The notes under the pieces: generated by a model
Told to the model about the DNA's origin: nothing
Database searches by the model: none
What the model saw: only the letters and a program-made list of their open reading frames with translations
In this document: positions 28,501 to 38,184 of the stretch, in pieces
How positions within the stretch are numbered: position 1 is the first letter of the stretch
Layout of the letters: each line of letters opens with the position of its first letter
Position numbers and translations under genes: made by a program
Origin: an uncultured Candidatus Saccharibacteria bacterium
Lineage (GTDB): Bacteria > Patescibacteriota > Minisyncoccia > UBA6257 > XYB1-36-10
Direction: 5' to 3'
Length of the DNA stretch: 64,000 nt
NCBI GenBank assembly: GCA_964362215.1
Contig: CAYIDJ010000001.1
Coordinates: forward strand, 13,151-77,150

Positions 28501-30862
28501 CACAACTAATGTCATAACCTTAGACCCCGCTTTAACCTCCGCCCCCGCTAATAGTGATGCTTTTACTATTGTCGCCCAAAATGTGCGCGTGGAAGAACAA
28601 CTAGCCTCCCACGAAACCTCCCAGTCCAGTTTCCGCACTTCCGTCACCTCCAGCTTAACCAGTATTGAAGGAAAAATTGACACTTTAACCACCACCCTAA
28701 ACACCGTGGACACCAACTTAAGCAGCGTCCAGTCTACCGTCAACTCACTCCGCACCTCCCAGCAAAAACTTTATCAGGTTAATCTTTCTGACGTTTCTGA
28801 AATCCAGGCCGGTAACACCTACCGCGCTAAAGTTATCGTCTTAGACTACCAATCTAACCCCGCTACTCCCTCCACCGCCCCCACCATCCTCATCCGCGAC
28901 GCCAGCCGCGTTCTGGCCCTGGCTACTACCACTATGACCGAACTCTCCACCGGCGTTTATGAATACACTTCCGCCGTTTCCTCCTCCGCCACCACCGGCC
29001 TCTGGGAGACCATCATTAATGTTGGCATCGGCGGCTCCGCCGATATCGTTCGCAATGACTACTGGCAGGTCACCGGCGCCCCGGCGCAGGTCCTCGTCAA
29101 CTCCATCAGCGACTCTTCTATTCCCTCTATTTCCGCTAACGTTACCATCACCAACGAGGGTGGTGGCGCTTACGAATATCAGTATGAATGGTGTGTCGTC
29201 TCCTCTCAAGACAACCAGTGCGGCGGCAATGATGACGTTTATTATGCCTCCGCCGCCAAACTAATTTCCGCCGGCGCCGACTTCAACCCCACCTTAACCG
29301 CCACCGTCTCTTCTGACGGCTCCTACTGGTTTAAGGTTGTCGTCTACTATGGCACCGCCGCCTCCGGCGCCTCCCGCTCCTTCACCACTTCCGCCGAAGA
29401 AAGTGCCTCTCTCCCCGCCAGTAGCGGCGCCGCCGGTATTGACGCCCCGCCCGCCGCCACCAACGCCAATATCTATCTCGCCATCAATAACGTCAAAAAC
29501 GACCTGGCGGCCAACTCCAAAAAACTGGAGCGCGCCCTGGAAGTTCTGGGCGCCATCAGTCCCTCTCTCCAAACCGTTCTTTCCGTCAACGCCGACAAAA
29601 TTGACAATCTCACCGACATCCAAAACAAAATCTCCGACTTGCGCGCCATCTCCTCCGCCACCCGCCGCCTAATTGAGCAATCTGTCGCCGAGCCGTTAGT
29701 GGAAACCTGGATGACCTTCAACTCCGTCCAGTTTAACTTCCTCATCAGCAACCCCCTTTCTGAAAACAAAACTCTGAAATTCAAATCCTATCTCCCCTCC
29801 GAAGTGAGGCCCGAACACATCATTGACCTAAGCGGACTTACTCTTGATTACGACCCCGCCGCCGGTAGCTACTTCGTCCATAGCGATATCACCCTCAGCG
29901 GCAACGAAACCATCACCAAAAAAGTGGAAATTAAAGACATCTGGACTTTCACCGACGAAGAAATTAAATCCCTCCGCGACCAGGCCGGTACTCTCTCCGC
30001 CCCTCTCTCCGGCACCCAGTACGATGCTCAAGGCGCCGTTCTCAAAAACGAAATTGAAGCTGTTTTAAATACGGTTCTTATCGGCCAGAAAGAAAACTAC
30101 CGCTCCCCCCAGGATCATATCGTTGCCTACCGTTCCAATAAAGAAAAAATTGATCTGGTTAAAAAGGACTTGGAAAAACTCAAGGATTTGGCCGTTTCCT
30201 CCGGCGCCTCCCGCGGTATTGTCGGCAGTGTCGGCGGCATCCAGACCTTTGCCACTTGGGGAATAATTCTGACCATGATTTCCGGTTTCGGAATTTTAGC
30301 AGCCGTTATCTTTTCTATGTGGCGCCATCAAACTATGCTGGCCGCCCTCGCTTTAGGCATTTCCAAAAAAGACATAGCGGTTGAATTCGGCCGCCGCCGA
30401 CAGCAACCGAAACCCACTTCTAAAATCATTCCCCGCGACCAATCCGACCCCTCCCCGCCCGACCCACCATCAGAACACCGCCTTATCGTCTCCGTTGTTG
30501 TTATTATCCTGGCCTTCCTCGCCTTCAAATTCCTGATTCCTCTACTCTCTTCCCGCTCCACTGAAATTAAAAGCGAAGATATCTCCGCTCTCCCCGCCGA
30601 CTCTTCCTCTCTTGCCTCCTCTATCTCTCCCGACACGGCTACTAACCTTCCGCCCTCTACCTATCTTCAAATCACCACTACCCCCACCGGCTGGCTCAAC
30701 GTTCGCAGTAACTCATCGCTTACCGGAGAAGTTCTAACCAAGGTCAACCCGGGAGAAAAATACGAATATATCTCCGTTCAAGACGATTGGTATGAAATTA
30801 TCTTAACTGACGGCCGTCATGGCTGGATTTCCAGCCAGTATGCCGCCAAAGTTTCCGAATAA
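25571..30862 (+). CDS. Giant surface protein: TM, LamG-like, Fn3/Ig-like, coiled coil, two TM, C-terminal SH3b
   Basis: WQHLAFVYDG/LDEIAIYSRALS (LamG), YYWKVRY/YYWRVRH (Fn3-like), GWLNVR..WYEI..GWIS (SH3b). Confidence 0.85.
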   Translation: MAPKSKKRLSVKLPPPAPVPPTNIINLRPVPPSSSNLNALSSPPKWQRRLLAQQDATSFFSKSKEDNRINHLLPWAAKLLVPDFIIGHPNLGDNLKALYRAPFFKPLRLAIIGWLIFVLAFGYTAVNSLRYGLEAFASTFADDTQAEFDAGTHSATQWDSGNSWLELTTAGQTAGSGDFTSSIKDSAVTATWNSLAWVPNRPTGKELPNNANSETDYTTGNANMTGNFGLWHLNESSGTLADSSGGGHTGSYSGSGYSQTGALNTALGGFSGFPLNVGDINDTDNSAYMTIEMWIYPITLGTIRILSIKSGSSQNQYTIRTQNTAGVQDELYFFIASSLTDSSTYFGTSNLNLTAGAWQHLAFVYDGTLAAANRVAIYRNGVAASGSVSGTIPTTLTSSTVSAYFGSGATGGNASDSNLDEIAIYSRALSATEVADHYKRGALNLKYQVRSCNDSACSGESFIGPDGTGSDYYYWKTTNATTTPSFSLTNVSTNRYFQYKTYFTTSDTSYSPEVKSVTADYSNQAPATPSNSSPSNGAARQDLNATLTGSAYSDSESDTQANADWQVDDDADFATPVWTRTAGAGEITTTINSTNGTFANELSGKTELDHNTVYYWKVRYADGGQWSSYSTATSFTTNSIVTPINSSPTSTSTVATLTPLLIVSDFSDPQSGHTGAYAQWQIDNNIDFSSTAYDSGTATYSASRSIPINALNNSTLYYWRVRHQDSSSQWSSWSTTTSFSVQIPESSVTVIPIFGNTTVDQGDTVKIDIQVINLTTGDPINDATATISIFSPASAKLVDTADMSYLSSSNGIYRYSYTVPSTSGSYIYEAASGSGSKVGYTAANFEVRTIAADLTSTKSTVTSEATAQGTERTAQSSERTSQATERTSQAAERTSQATSRTAVTDIQTDVNAIQSNVDILIGALIVTQSTVSDASPSTTSFDTALTNATNDFYNNAVLTFTSGNLDGQSRRVSDYNGTTNVITLDPALTSAPANSDAFTIVAQNVRVEEQLASHETSQSSFRTSVTSSLTSIEGKIDTLTTTLNTVDTNLSSVQSTVNSLRTSQQKLYQVNLSDVSEIQAGNTYRAKVIVLDYQSNPATPSTAPTILIRDASRVLALATTTMTELSTGVYEYTSAVSSSATTGLWETIINVGIGGSADIVRNDYWQVTGAPAQVLVNSISDSSIPSISANVTITNEGGGAYEYQYEWCVVSSQDNQCGGNDDVYYASAAKLISAGADFNPTLTATVSSDGSYWFKVVVYYGTAASGASRSFTTSAEESASLPASSGAAGIDAPPAATNANIYLAINNVKNDLAANSKKLERALEVLGAISPSLQTVLSVNADKIDNLTDIQNKISDLRAISSATRRLIEQSVAEPLVETWMTFNSVQFNFLISNPLSENKTLKFKSYLPSEVRPEHIIDLSGLTLDYDPAAGSYFVHSDITLSGNETITKKVEIKDIWTFTDEEIKSLRDQAGTLSAPLSGTQYDAQGAVLKNEIEAVLNTVLIGQKENYRSPQDHIVAYRSNKEKIDLVKKDLEKLKDLAVSSGASRGIVGSVGGIQTFATWGIILTMISGFGILAAVIFSMWRHQTMLAALALGISKKDIAVEFGRRRQQPKPTSKIIPRDQSDPSPPDPPSEHRLIVSVVVIILAFLAFKFLIPLLSSRSTEIKSEDISALPADSSSLASSISPDTATNLPPSTYLQITTTPTGWLNVRSNSSLTGEVLTKVNPGEKYEYISVQDDWYEIILTDGRHGWISSQYAAKVSE

Positions 30863-31345
30863 ATGTCTCCTTCTTACGAAGAATTTTACCGCTCCTCCTC
30901 AATTTCCATCGGTATCTTTATCTTCCTTGCCGGACTTATCCTGCCCGCTCTCCTTATCCCCCTCGTCAATCTTACCGCCTGCCCCGTCGCCGACCCGCTC
31001 TGCTTCGGGAGTTATTCGGAAGTTATTGAAGAACTCGCTAAAGCGGCTGTGGTGCTCCTGCTGATTCTCAAACTGCCAACCGCTACCACCCGCCTCCTCG
31101 CTGGTTTGGCTTTCGGCTTCCTGTTCGGCGTCTCCGAAAGCTTTTTTTATTTAAATAATCTTTTTCAGCTTGGTAATCTCGGCTTATTCTGGCAACGGCT
31201 TCTCTGGACTGTCCCTATGCATATGATCACCGCCGCCGTCATCGTCCTCTCCGCTCTAATAAATAAAAAACTTATTATTCTCGGCTTTATCGCCGCCCTC
31301 ACTCTTCATCTGCTCTTCAATAATCTCATCACTAAGTTCTTCTAA
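30863..31345 (+). CDS. PrsW-family intramembrane glutamic protease
   Basis: IEELAK, GFLFGVSE..Y, PMH, LHLLFN motifs. Confidence 0.85.
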   Translation: MSPSYEEFYRSSSISIGIFIFLAGLILPALLIPLVNLTACPVADPLCFGSYSEVIEELAKAAVVLLLILKLPTATTRLLAGLAFGFLFGVSESFFYLNNLFQLGNLGLFWQRLLWTVPMHMITAAVIVLSALINKKLIILGFIAALTLHLLFNNLITKFF

Positions 31346-31355
31346 GTCAGCGCTT

Positions 31356-31395
31356 CATAACTAAAACCCCCGAGTACTCGGGGGTTTTAGTTATG
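31356..31395. terminator. 40-bp perfect palindrome, bidirectional terminator
   Basis: CATAACTAAAACCCCCGAGT|ACTCGGGGGTTTTAGTTATG between the convergent PrsW gene and ssrA. Confidence 0.8.
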
Positions 31396-31776
31396 TGGAG
31401 ATGATGGGAATTGAACCCACGTCCGATCTGGAAATTCAGTAACTTCTACAGGCGTATACTGGCTATTTTTTGCGTCGGCAAGTTTAAGCCAGTCGTAATG
31501 CTTGCCGCCGCCATCCCTGTGCCTTTTCCTCTTTGCTTCCGGTCTGCCGAAGCGAGAGTAAGTCCGCTTTTATAACACCGCTCTCCGTCCCCGCGAACAT
31601 AGAGACAGAACGATGGTCCCGAATATATATCGGAACGGTCAGTTCAGCTTAAGCGTAAGCTAAAGCCGGCTGCCTGTTGAATACATTGGCATGTATTATT
31701 TTTGACGCGTTTACGGCCGCCGTCCCACCGGCCTGCTATTACTGATTTTCTTCAACCGTCGATGCCTTGCATCCCC
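31396..31776 (-). ncRNA. ssrA: tmRNA, tag peptide ANVFNRQPALAYA* (31649-31690)
   Basis: 5' GGGGATG..TCGAC, 3' GACGTGGGTTCAATTCCCATCATCTCCA, tag ORF, adjacent to smpB. Confidence 0.95.
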
Positions 31777-31877
31777 TACCTTATTCCCAACTTCTTACCC
31801 AAGAAGATGAAAATCTGTTTTGGAAATTATTTTCGAGGCTTATCAGAACTTAGACGCTCCAATATCTCTATCCTTAT

Positions 31878-32034
31878 CAGCCATCCCCATAATGTCTTGA
31901 GGGGCGCGTCGGAGCTCGCCGCGCTTGGTCCAAACACTCAAGATAATTGAGTACTTGGGCGGCGGGCGAGACTGAGAGCGGACGGCCGCTGGAGCCGTCC
32001 GACTCGTCCCCGATGGATATTATGGGGATGGCTG
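31878..32034 (+). repeat. Structured element family C, copy 1
   Basis: Stem CAGCCATCCCCATAATGTC/GATATTATGGGGATGGCTG; near-identical to 39653-39811. Confidence 0.9.
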
Positions 32035-32083
32035 TTTCAGTAAATTGCGGATCAACCGCCAAAATAACTTCCAAAACATTTAT

Positions 32084-32524
32084 TTACATTTTCAATATTC
32101 TATCAATCTTCCTGACTGCCTCCTTCTTCTTTATCTTCTCCCTCTTATCATACTTCTTTTTCTTTCTTCCCACTCCTAAGAGCACCTTTACTCTTCTTCC
32201 CTTATTATACACTTTCAAAGCCACTATTGTCAAGCCGCGTTCCTCCGATTTTCCTCTCAATCTTTCTATCTCCTGCCGGTGCAGCAGCAGCCGCCGCGTC
32301 CGGCTGGAATCAAAACCATCTGGTTCATTCCCCGGCTGGTACGGCGCGATTTCCGTTCCCACCAAATACGCCTCTACCCCGCGCACAATCGCCTGCGCTC
32401 CCGTTATCTGCATCTTCCCCGCCCGCGCCGCCTTCACCTCAAATCCGGTCAGCTCTATCCCCGCCTCTATTTCCTCTATTATTTCATAATCAAACCTTAC
32501 CCTTTTGTTCTCCGCTAATGCCAT
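32084..32524 (-). CDS. smpB: SsrA-binding protein
   Basis: AENKRVRFDYEI..EAGIELTG.EVK..RTRRLLLHRQEI..KYDKRE. Confidence 0.96.
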   Translation of the reverse strand: MALAENKRVRFDYEIIEEIEAGIELTGFEVKAARAGKMQITGAQAIVRGVEAYLVGTEIAPYQPGNEPDGFDSSRTRRLLLHRQEIERLRGKSEERGLTIVALKVYNKGRRVKVLLGVGRKKKKYDKREKIKKKEAVRKIDRILKM

Positions 32525-32591
32525 AAACTTTAGTATAGGCCGAAAAGCGCGACTTAACAAAGCCCCTTTTTTGCCGTAAAATGAAGCCATT

Positions 32592-35500
32592 ATGGCTACC
32601 ACCGACAACCGCCCTCTTCCTGAACGAGAAAAAGAAATCCTCGCCTTCTGGGAGGATAAAAAAATTTTTACCAAATCCCTCCAACAAACTGCCAAGGGTA
32701 AACCTTTTGTTTTTTATGAAGGCCCCCCTTCCGCCAACGGCCGCCCCGGCCTCCACCACGTTCTTGCTCGCGCTTTCAAAGACATCATCTGCCGCTATCA
32801 GACCATGTGCGGCCGCTATGTCGCCCGCCGCGCCGGCTGGGACACCCACGGCCTCCCCGTGGAAGTCCAGGTGGAAAAAGAGTTGGGACTGAAAAGTAAG
32901 CGCGATATTGAAAATATCGTCCCCGGCGACCGCCGCGCCAGCATCATCACCTTCAACCAGAAATGCCAAGAATCCGTCTGGCGCTACCGCGACCTCTGGG
33001 AAAAGTTAACTTCTCGTATGGGCTATTGGTTAGATATGGAAAATCCTTATGTTACTTATGAACCGGAATATATCGAATCTCTCTGGTGGATTATATCCCA
33101 AGTTAACCGCCAAGGCCTTCTTTACCAAGGCCATAAAATTCTTCATTGGTGTCCCCGTTGCGGCACCGGCCTCTCCTCTCACGAAATCGCTCAGGGTTAC
33201 CAAACCGTCACCGACACCTCTGTTTTCGTAAAATTCAAACTCGCCCCTCATCAAAAAATCGGTAAAATAACCGTCCCCGCCAATACCTATATTCTATCCT
33301 GGACCACCACCCCTTGGACCCTCCCCGGCAACGTCGCTTTAGCGGTCAATAAAAATATAAAATACGTTCTCGTTAAAATTGGCTCCGAAAACTTTATCGC
33401 TTCGGCGGACTTTCTCTTCCAACTCAAAGAAAAAACAATTTCTGTATCCAATAAACAAATCAAAGGCCAGAATCTGATCGGCCTTAAATACGAGCCGCTC
33501 TTTAACATTCCCAAACTTAAATCCCCCGCCTCCCATCAAATTTATCACGCCGATTTTGTTACTACCTCCGAAGGCGCCGGCATCGTCCACACCGCCGTTA
33601 TGTATGGCGAAGACGACTACGAACTGGGCCAAAAATATAATCTTCCCGCCATCCACACCGTGGATGACGCCGGCCGCTTTCTTAAATTCGTCTCCGCCGG
33701 CCTCGCCGGCCTTGCCGTCAAAGATTCCGCCACCACCAAGAAAATCATCTCTTATCTGGAAAATAAAAACTTCCTCCTTAAAACCGCTCCCTACGAACAC
33801 GAATACCCTTTCTGCTGGCGCTGCGACACGCCCGTCATCTACTACGCCCGCTCTTCCTGGTTTATCAAGATGTCCGCCCTCAAAGACAAACTCATTAAAA
33901 ATAACTCGTCCATCAGCTGGGTTCCCTCTCATCTTAAAAATGGTCGCTTCGGTGAATGGTTAAGTAACGTCAAGGACTGGGCTGTTTCCCGCGAACGCTA
34001 CTGGGCCACTCCTTTACCCATCTGGCTCTGCTCCTCTTGTAATCACCTAGAAGTTATCGGCAGTTTGTCCGAATTAGATAAACTCACTGTCTCCTCCAAT
34101 AACCGCTTTTTCATTATGCGCCACGGTCAAGCTCTCTCTAACGTCAAAAACTTCTTGAGCTCTTACCCGGAAAAACGCCTCAACCCCCTCACTCCCGCCG
34201 GCGCTAAAGAAATGCTGTCCGCCGCCGCCCGCCTTAAATCAAAAAAGATTGATCTTATTGTTTCCTCCGACCTCCCTCGCGCCCACGCTACTGCCAAACT
34301 CATCGCCTCTGCTCTCGGCATTAAAAAAGTCGCTATTGACAAGCGCCTGCGCGAGCGCGACTTCGGCCAAGATAACGGCCTGCCGATTAAAAACGCTGAC
34401 TCCTCGCAACACGAACCGCTATCCAGTATCCGCGCCCGCGTAATAAAAGCGCTTTTTGACACCGACCGCCAGTATCAAAATAAAAACATTCTTTTTATCA
34501 GTCACGGTTCTCCTCTGCTTACTCTTCGCCTCGCCGCCGAAAACACTGACAATACTCTCCCCGTCAATGAACCTCTTTTGCCTACCGGCGGCTGGCAGGA
34601 GCTTAAACTGAAACGTCTTCCCCGAAACGACGATGGCGCCGTAGACCTTCACCGCCCTTATATTGATGAAGTTAAGCTCTCCTGCCCCTCCTGCCGCCAT
34701 TCCCTGACTCGCGTACCCGATCTCCTTGATGTTTGGTTTGACTCCGGCGCCATGCCTTTTGCCGCCCCCCGCTTCCCTTTCGCCGTCAAAAAACTTGCCG
34801 CCACCGACTATCCCGCCGACTATATCTCCGAAGCCGTTGACCAGACCCGCGGCTGGTTCTATACCCTTCTTGCCGTCTCTACTCTCTTAGGTTTCAAAGC
34901 TCCTTACCGCCACGTCATCTCCTTGGGACACCTCAACGATAAACACGGCCAGAAAATGTCCAAATCTCGCGGCAATATAGTTGACGCGGAAGAAATGATG
35001 GAACGCTACGGCGCCGATATTGTCCGCTGGCACTTTTACACCATTAACCAACCCGGCGACACCAAAAACTTTGACGAATCCGACCTCAAGAAAGTTACTA
35101 ATCGGGTTTTTAATATTCTTCAAAACTCTCTTGTCTTCTACCAAACATACCGCGCCTCGCCGAAACTTCATGCACAACCTAAGTATAGTCAAAGGACAAA
35201 AAACATTCTGGATCTCTGGCTCGCCGCCCGCCTCACTGCCACCAAACTGGAGATAACTTCTCGATTAGACAAATACGACGTTTATCACGCCGCCTTAAGT
35301 ATTGAAAAATTAATTGACGATCTTTCTCGCTGGTATATCCGCCGCTCCCGTTCCCGCTTTCAACAACCCACTTCTACCTCCGACCACGTTGCCGCCTCTG
35401 TCACTCTCCGCTCCGCCCTTATGGAAATATCCGCCCTTCTCGCTCCCTTCACGCCCTTCTTCGCTGAGTGGCTCTATAAAGAACTGGGTGGCTCTAAAGA

Positions 35501-36071
35501 ATCAATTCATCTAGAGTCGTGGCCAAAAACCTCCCCCAAAATAGACCCCGCTCTTCTTTCCCAAATGGAAACAGCTCGCCAACTCTCAAGTTTAGGACTA
35601 TCCGAACGCTCATCCTTAAATATCAAAGTCCGTCAGCCCCTCGCCGAAATGAAAGTGTCGCTAGACACCCTAAGCGCAGTCAAAGGGTCTCATCTGCCAA
35701 AAGAAATAGTCGCCCTCGTCGCCGATGAGGTTAATGTTAAAAAAATATCTCTCGGTAATCGCCTCGCCAAAGACAAAGAAGTTGAACTTGACGCCGTCAT
35801 CACTCCCGCTCTTCGCGAGGAAGGCAACTTGCGCGAACTAATCCGCGCCGTTCAGTCCCTCCGCGCCGCCGCCGGCTTAAAACCCGGAGAACCAGTTTCT
35901 CTTTTCTTCCAATCCTCCCCTGTCGCTTCCGCCTTTATCATTAAACACACCGCCGCCCTCACTAAGGCCTGCTCTCTTAAAACCGTTTCCGCCAACTCCG
36001 TCTCTTCTCCTAAATCAAGCCGTGCGCTCTCCTTAGACGACCTCGGCCCTATCTCTCTCGCGATAAAATAA
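32592..36071 (+). CDS. ileS: Isoleucyl-tRNA ligase (type 2) with an inserted histidine-phosphatase domain
   Basis: EGPPSANG.PGLHH, GWDTHGLP, WTTTPWTL, SRERYW, DQTRGWFY, KMSKS; insert IMRHGQA..SHG. Confidence 0.95.
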   Translation: MATTDNRPLPEREKEILAFWEDKKIFTKSLQQTAKGKPFVFYEGPPSANGRPGLHHVLARAFKDIICRYQTMCGRYVARRAGWDTHGLPVEVQVEKELGLKSKRDIENIVPGDRRASIITFNQKCQESVWRYRDLWEKLTSRMGYWLDMENPYVTYEPEYIESLWWIISQVNRQGLLYQGHKILHWCPRCGTGLSSHEIAQGYQTVTDTSVFVKFKLAPHQKIGKITVPANTYILSWTTTPWTLPGNVALAVNKNIKYVLVKIGSENFIASADFLFQLKEKTISVSNKQIKGQNLIGLKYEPLFNIPKLKSPASHQIYHADFVTTSEGAGIVHTAVMYGEDDYELGQKYNLPAIHTVDDAGRFLKFVSAGLAGLAVKDSATTKKIISYLENKNFLLKTAPYEHEYPFCWRCDTPVIYYARSSWFIKMSALKDKLIKNNSSISWVPSHLKNGRFGEWLSNVKDWAVSRERYWATPLPIWLCSSCNHLEVIGSLSELDKLTVSSNNRFFIMRHGQALSNVKNFLSSYPEKRLNPLTPAGAKEMLSAAARLKSKKIDLIVSSDLPRAHATAKLIASALGIKKVAIDKRLRERDFGQDNGLPIKNADSSQHEPLSSIRARVIKALFDTDRQYQNKNILFISHGSPLLTLRLAAENTDNTLPVNEPLLPTGGWQELKLKRLPRNDDGAVDLHRPYIDEVKLSCPSCRHSLTRVPDLLDVWFDSGAMPFAAPRFPFAVKKLAATDYPADYISEAVDQTRGWFYTLLAVSTLLGFKAPYRHVISLGHLNDKHGQKMSKSRGNIVDAEEMMERYGADIVRWHFYTINQPGDTKNFDESDLKKVTNRVFNILQNSLVFYQTYRASPKLHAQPKYSQRTKNILDLWLAARLTATKLEITSRLDKYDVYHAALSIEKLIDDLSRWYIRRSRSRFQQPTSTSDHVAASVTLRSALMEISALLAPFTPFFAEWLYKELGGSKESIHLESWPKTSPKIDPALLSQMETARQLSSLGLSERSSLNIKVRQPLAEMKVSLDTLSAVKGSHLPKEIVALVADEVNVKKISLGNRLAKDKEVELDAVITPALREEGNLRELIRAVQSLRAAAGLKPGEPVSLFFQSSPVASAFIIKHTAALTKACSLKTVSANSVSSPKSSRALSLDDLGPISLAIK

Positions 36072-36111
36072 AACCCGCCTTTCTATCAACTCCTAATTCC
36101 TAGTTACTAAC

Positions 36112-37917
36112 TTATATTTCAATAACTACCGGCAACAACATCGGCCGCCTCTGCGTCTTATGAAAAATAAACTGCCCGATCTGATCGCGTATAAGTCCCT
36201 TAAAATAATCCGCGTCTATCGGTTGGTTTGTCGGTATCCTAGAAATCAAACTGCGTATCCGCCGCCTTATCTCGTCCAAAATCTCACGGTTATCTTTAAG
36301 ATAAATAAATCCGCGCGAAATAATATCCGGATTTTTTATAATCCTCCCACTCCGTTTATCTAAAGTCGTAATTATGACTATCATTCCCTCCTGCGCCAGC
36401 ATCAATCGGTCTCGCAGTACCACCTCTCCCACGTCTCCTACTCCCAACCCGTCTACCATCACATAATATGCCGGTACTGTCTCTTTGGTTAATTTAATCG
36501 TCTCCTTGGTTATCTCCGCCACCTGCCCATTGTCCATTACTAAACAATTCTCCGCTTTCACTCCCACCGCCTGCGCGTTCTTGGTATTCGTCTGTCGCAT
36601 AAAATACATTCCGTGAATCGGCACGAAAAACTTTGGTGAGAATGCTTTAATCGCCAATTTCAAATCTTCCTGCGGCCCGTGTCCACCCGCGTGAATGTCC
36701 ATCATGCTGGAATCAAATATAATCGCTCCCTGCCGCGCTAAATTATCTTTCATTGTCTGAATTCCTCTCTCATTACCTGGAATTATTGACGAAGAAAACA
36801 CCACCGTATCCCCCGGTTTTATCCGTATCTGCTTATGGTCTCCGGAAACTATTCTTGCCAGTCCCGAATTCGGCTCGCCCTGATTTCCGGTTGAAAGTAT
36901 TAATATTTTATTGTCATCATACCGACTCACCTCCTCCAGCGATATTAACGCCCCTTTCGGTATCTTTATATACCCAAGATTCTGGGTAATCTGGATATTA
37001 TCCTTCATTGACCGCCCCGAAAGCGCCACCTTCCGCCCCAGCCGGTGCGCTATGTTTATCACCTGCCCCAGCCGGTCCAGTAGCGACGCGAAAGTCGTCA
37101 CAATAATCCTGCCCTTCGCCTGATTCAAAATCTTCTCCAGATTCTCCTCCGCCACCTTCTCCGGCATCGACTCCCCCGGCACGGTTGCTCTAGTGCTCTC
37201 CATAAAGAGTACCTGTATTCCCATTCTTCCTACCCGTTCCAGATCCGGCAGATTGCGCGGTTCTCCTTTCGGTCCCCGATCAATTCTAAAGTCGCCCGGA
37301 TTACAAAAGTTTCCCGCTGGCGTTCTCAACACTATGGAAATCGCGTCTGGAATTGTATGCGACCCACCGAAGAAATATGCCGAAAAGTTTTGTGATATTT
37401 TAACCTCATCTCCTATCTTCACCGGCATAAAAGTAATCTTCGGCGCGTTCGGAAACTCGTCGTACCGCTTCTTTATGAGCGCGTTGGAAAGCGCCGTAGA
37501 GTAAATCGGCGGGTTGCCGATTTTCTCCATTATGTAAGGAATAGCCCCGATATGGTCCAAATGTCCATGTGTTATCAGTAATGCCTTTATTTTTCGCTTG
37601 TTTTCCTGTAAATACTCAATATTAGGAATAATAAAGTCAATTCCCGGCGTGTCCTCTTCCGGAAACTGCAGTCCAGCGTCAATAATCACAATTTCATCGC
37701 CATACTCAAAAAACATCATATTTCGCCCTATCTCCTCCAGCCCTCCTAACGGCACAAACCTCACCGCCTCCGGATTCCGTTCCAGTGCCTTTACTTCCAC
37801 CCGCCGCGGCTCACCGCTGATATACCTCATTGACGGCCTTCCTTCTATCGGCCTTCTTCCAACTCTTCTCGCTGTCGTTTTGGTTCTAATTCCCTCCCCA
37901 ACTATTCTTCTGTTCAT
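36112..37917 (-). CDS. rnj: Ribonuclease J
   Basis: PLGGLEEIGRNM, THGHLDHIG, PIHG, RRPMLLPVVIE. Confidence 0.96.
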   Translation of the reverse strand: MNRRIVGEGIRTKTTARRVGRRPIEGRPSMRYISGEPRRVEVKALERNPEAVRFVPLGGLEEIGRNMMFFEYGDEIVIIDAGLQFPEEDTPGIDFIIPNIEYLQENKRKIKALLITHGHLDHIGAIPYIMEKIGNPPIYSTALSNALIKKRYDEFPNAPKITFMPVKIGDEVKISQNFSAYFFGGSHTIPDAISIVLRTPAGNFCNPGDFRIDRGPKGEPRNLPDLERVGRMGIQVLFMESTRATVPGESMPEKVAEENLEKILNQAKGRIIVTTFASLLDRLGQVINIAHRLGRKVALSGRSMKDNIQITQNLGYIKIPKGALISLEEVSRYDDNKILILSTGNQGEPNSGLARIVSGDHKQIRIKPGDTVVFSSSIIPGNERGIQTMKDNLARQGAIIFDSSMMDIHAGGHGPQEDLKLAIKAFSPKFFVPIHGMYFMRQTNTKNAQAVGVKAENCLVMDNGQVAEITKETIKLTKETVPAYYVMVDGLGVGDVGEVVLRDRLMLAQEGMIVIITTLDKRSGRIIKNPDIISRGFIYLKDNREILDEIRRRIRSLISRIPTNQPIDADYFKGLIRDQIGQFIFHKTQRRPMLLPVVIEI

Positions 37918-38184
37918 AACTAAAAATACGTCTTAGGCAAACTCTGTAATTCAGCCGCCTAAAACCGCCTTAAAAATAAAAAGTGTTAATAAAAAAACCC
38001 TTAAAATGAAACTTATCTCTTTTTGTATAAAAAATCGGTTCTAAGAAACGTGCCGGGTGAAGATGACCTCTAAACCCGCTCCCGGCAAAAAACCATTACC
38101 GTAAGAAAACTAATTACCCCCATTATAACCCACCCTCAAAAATAATACAACCCACCTCCCATATTCACTTTCAAATCTCTTACT

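Noticed and set aside
31702-32489. ORFs 31702-31950, 31877-32074, 31947-32489 and 45303-45731
   Set aside because: They are read-throughs of structured repeats, tmRNA or antisense strands of real genes.
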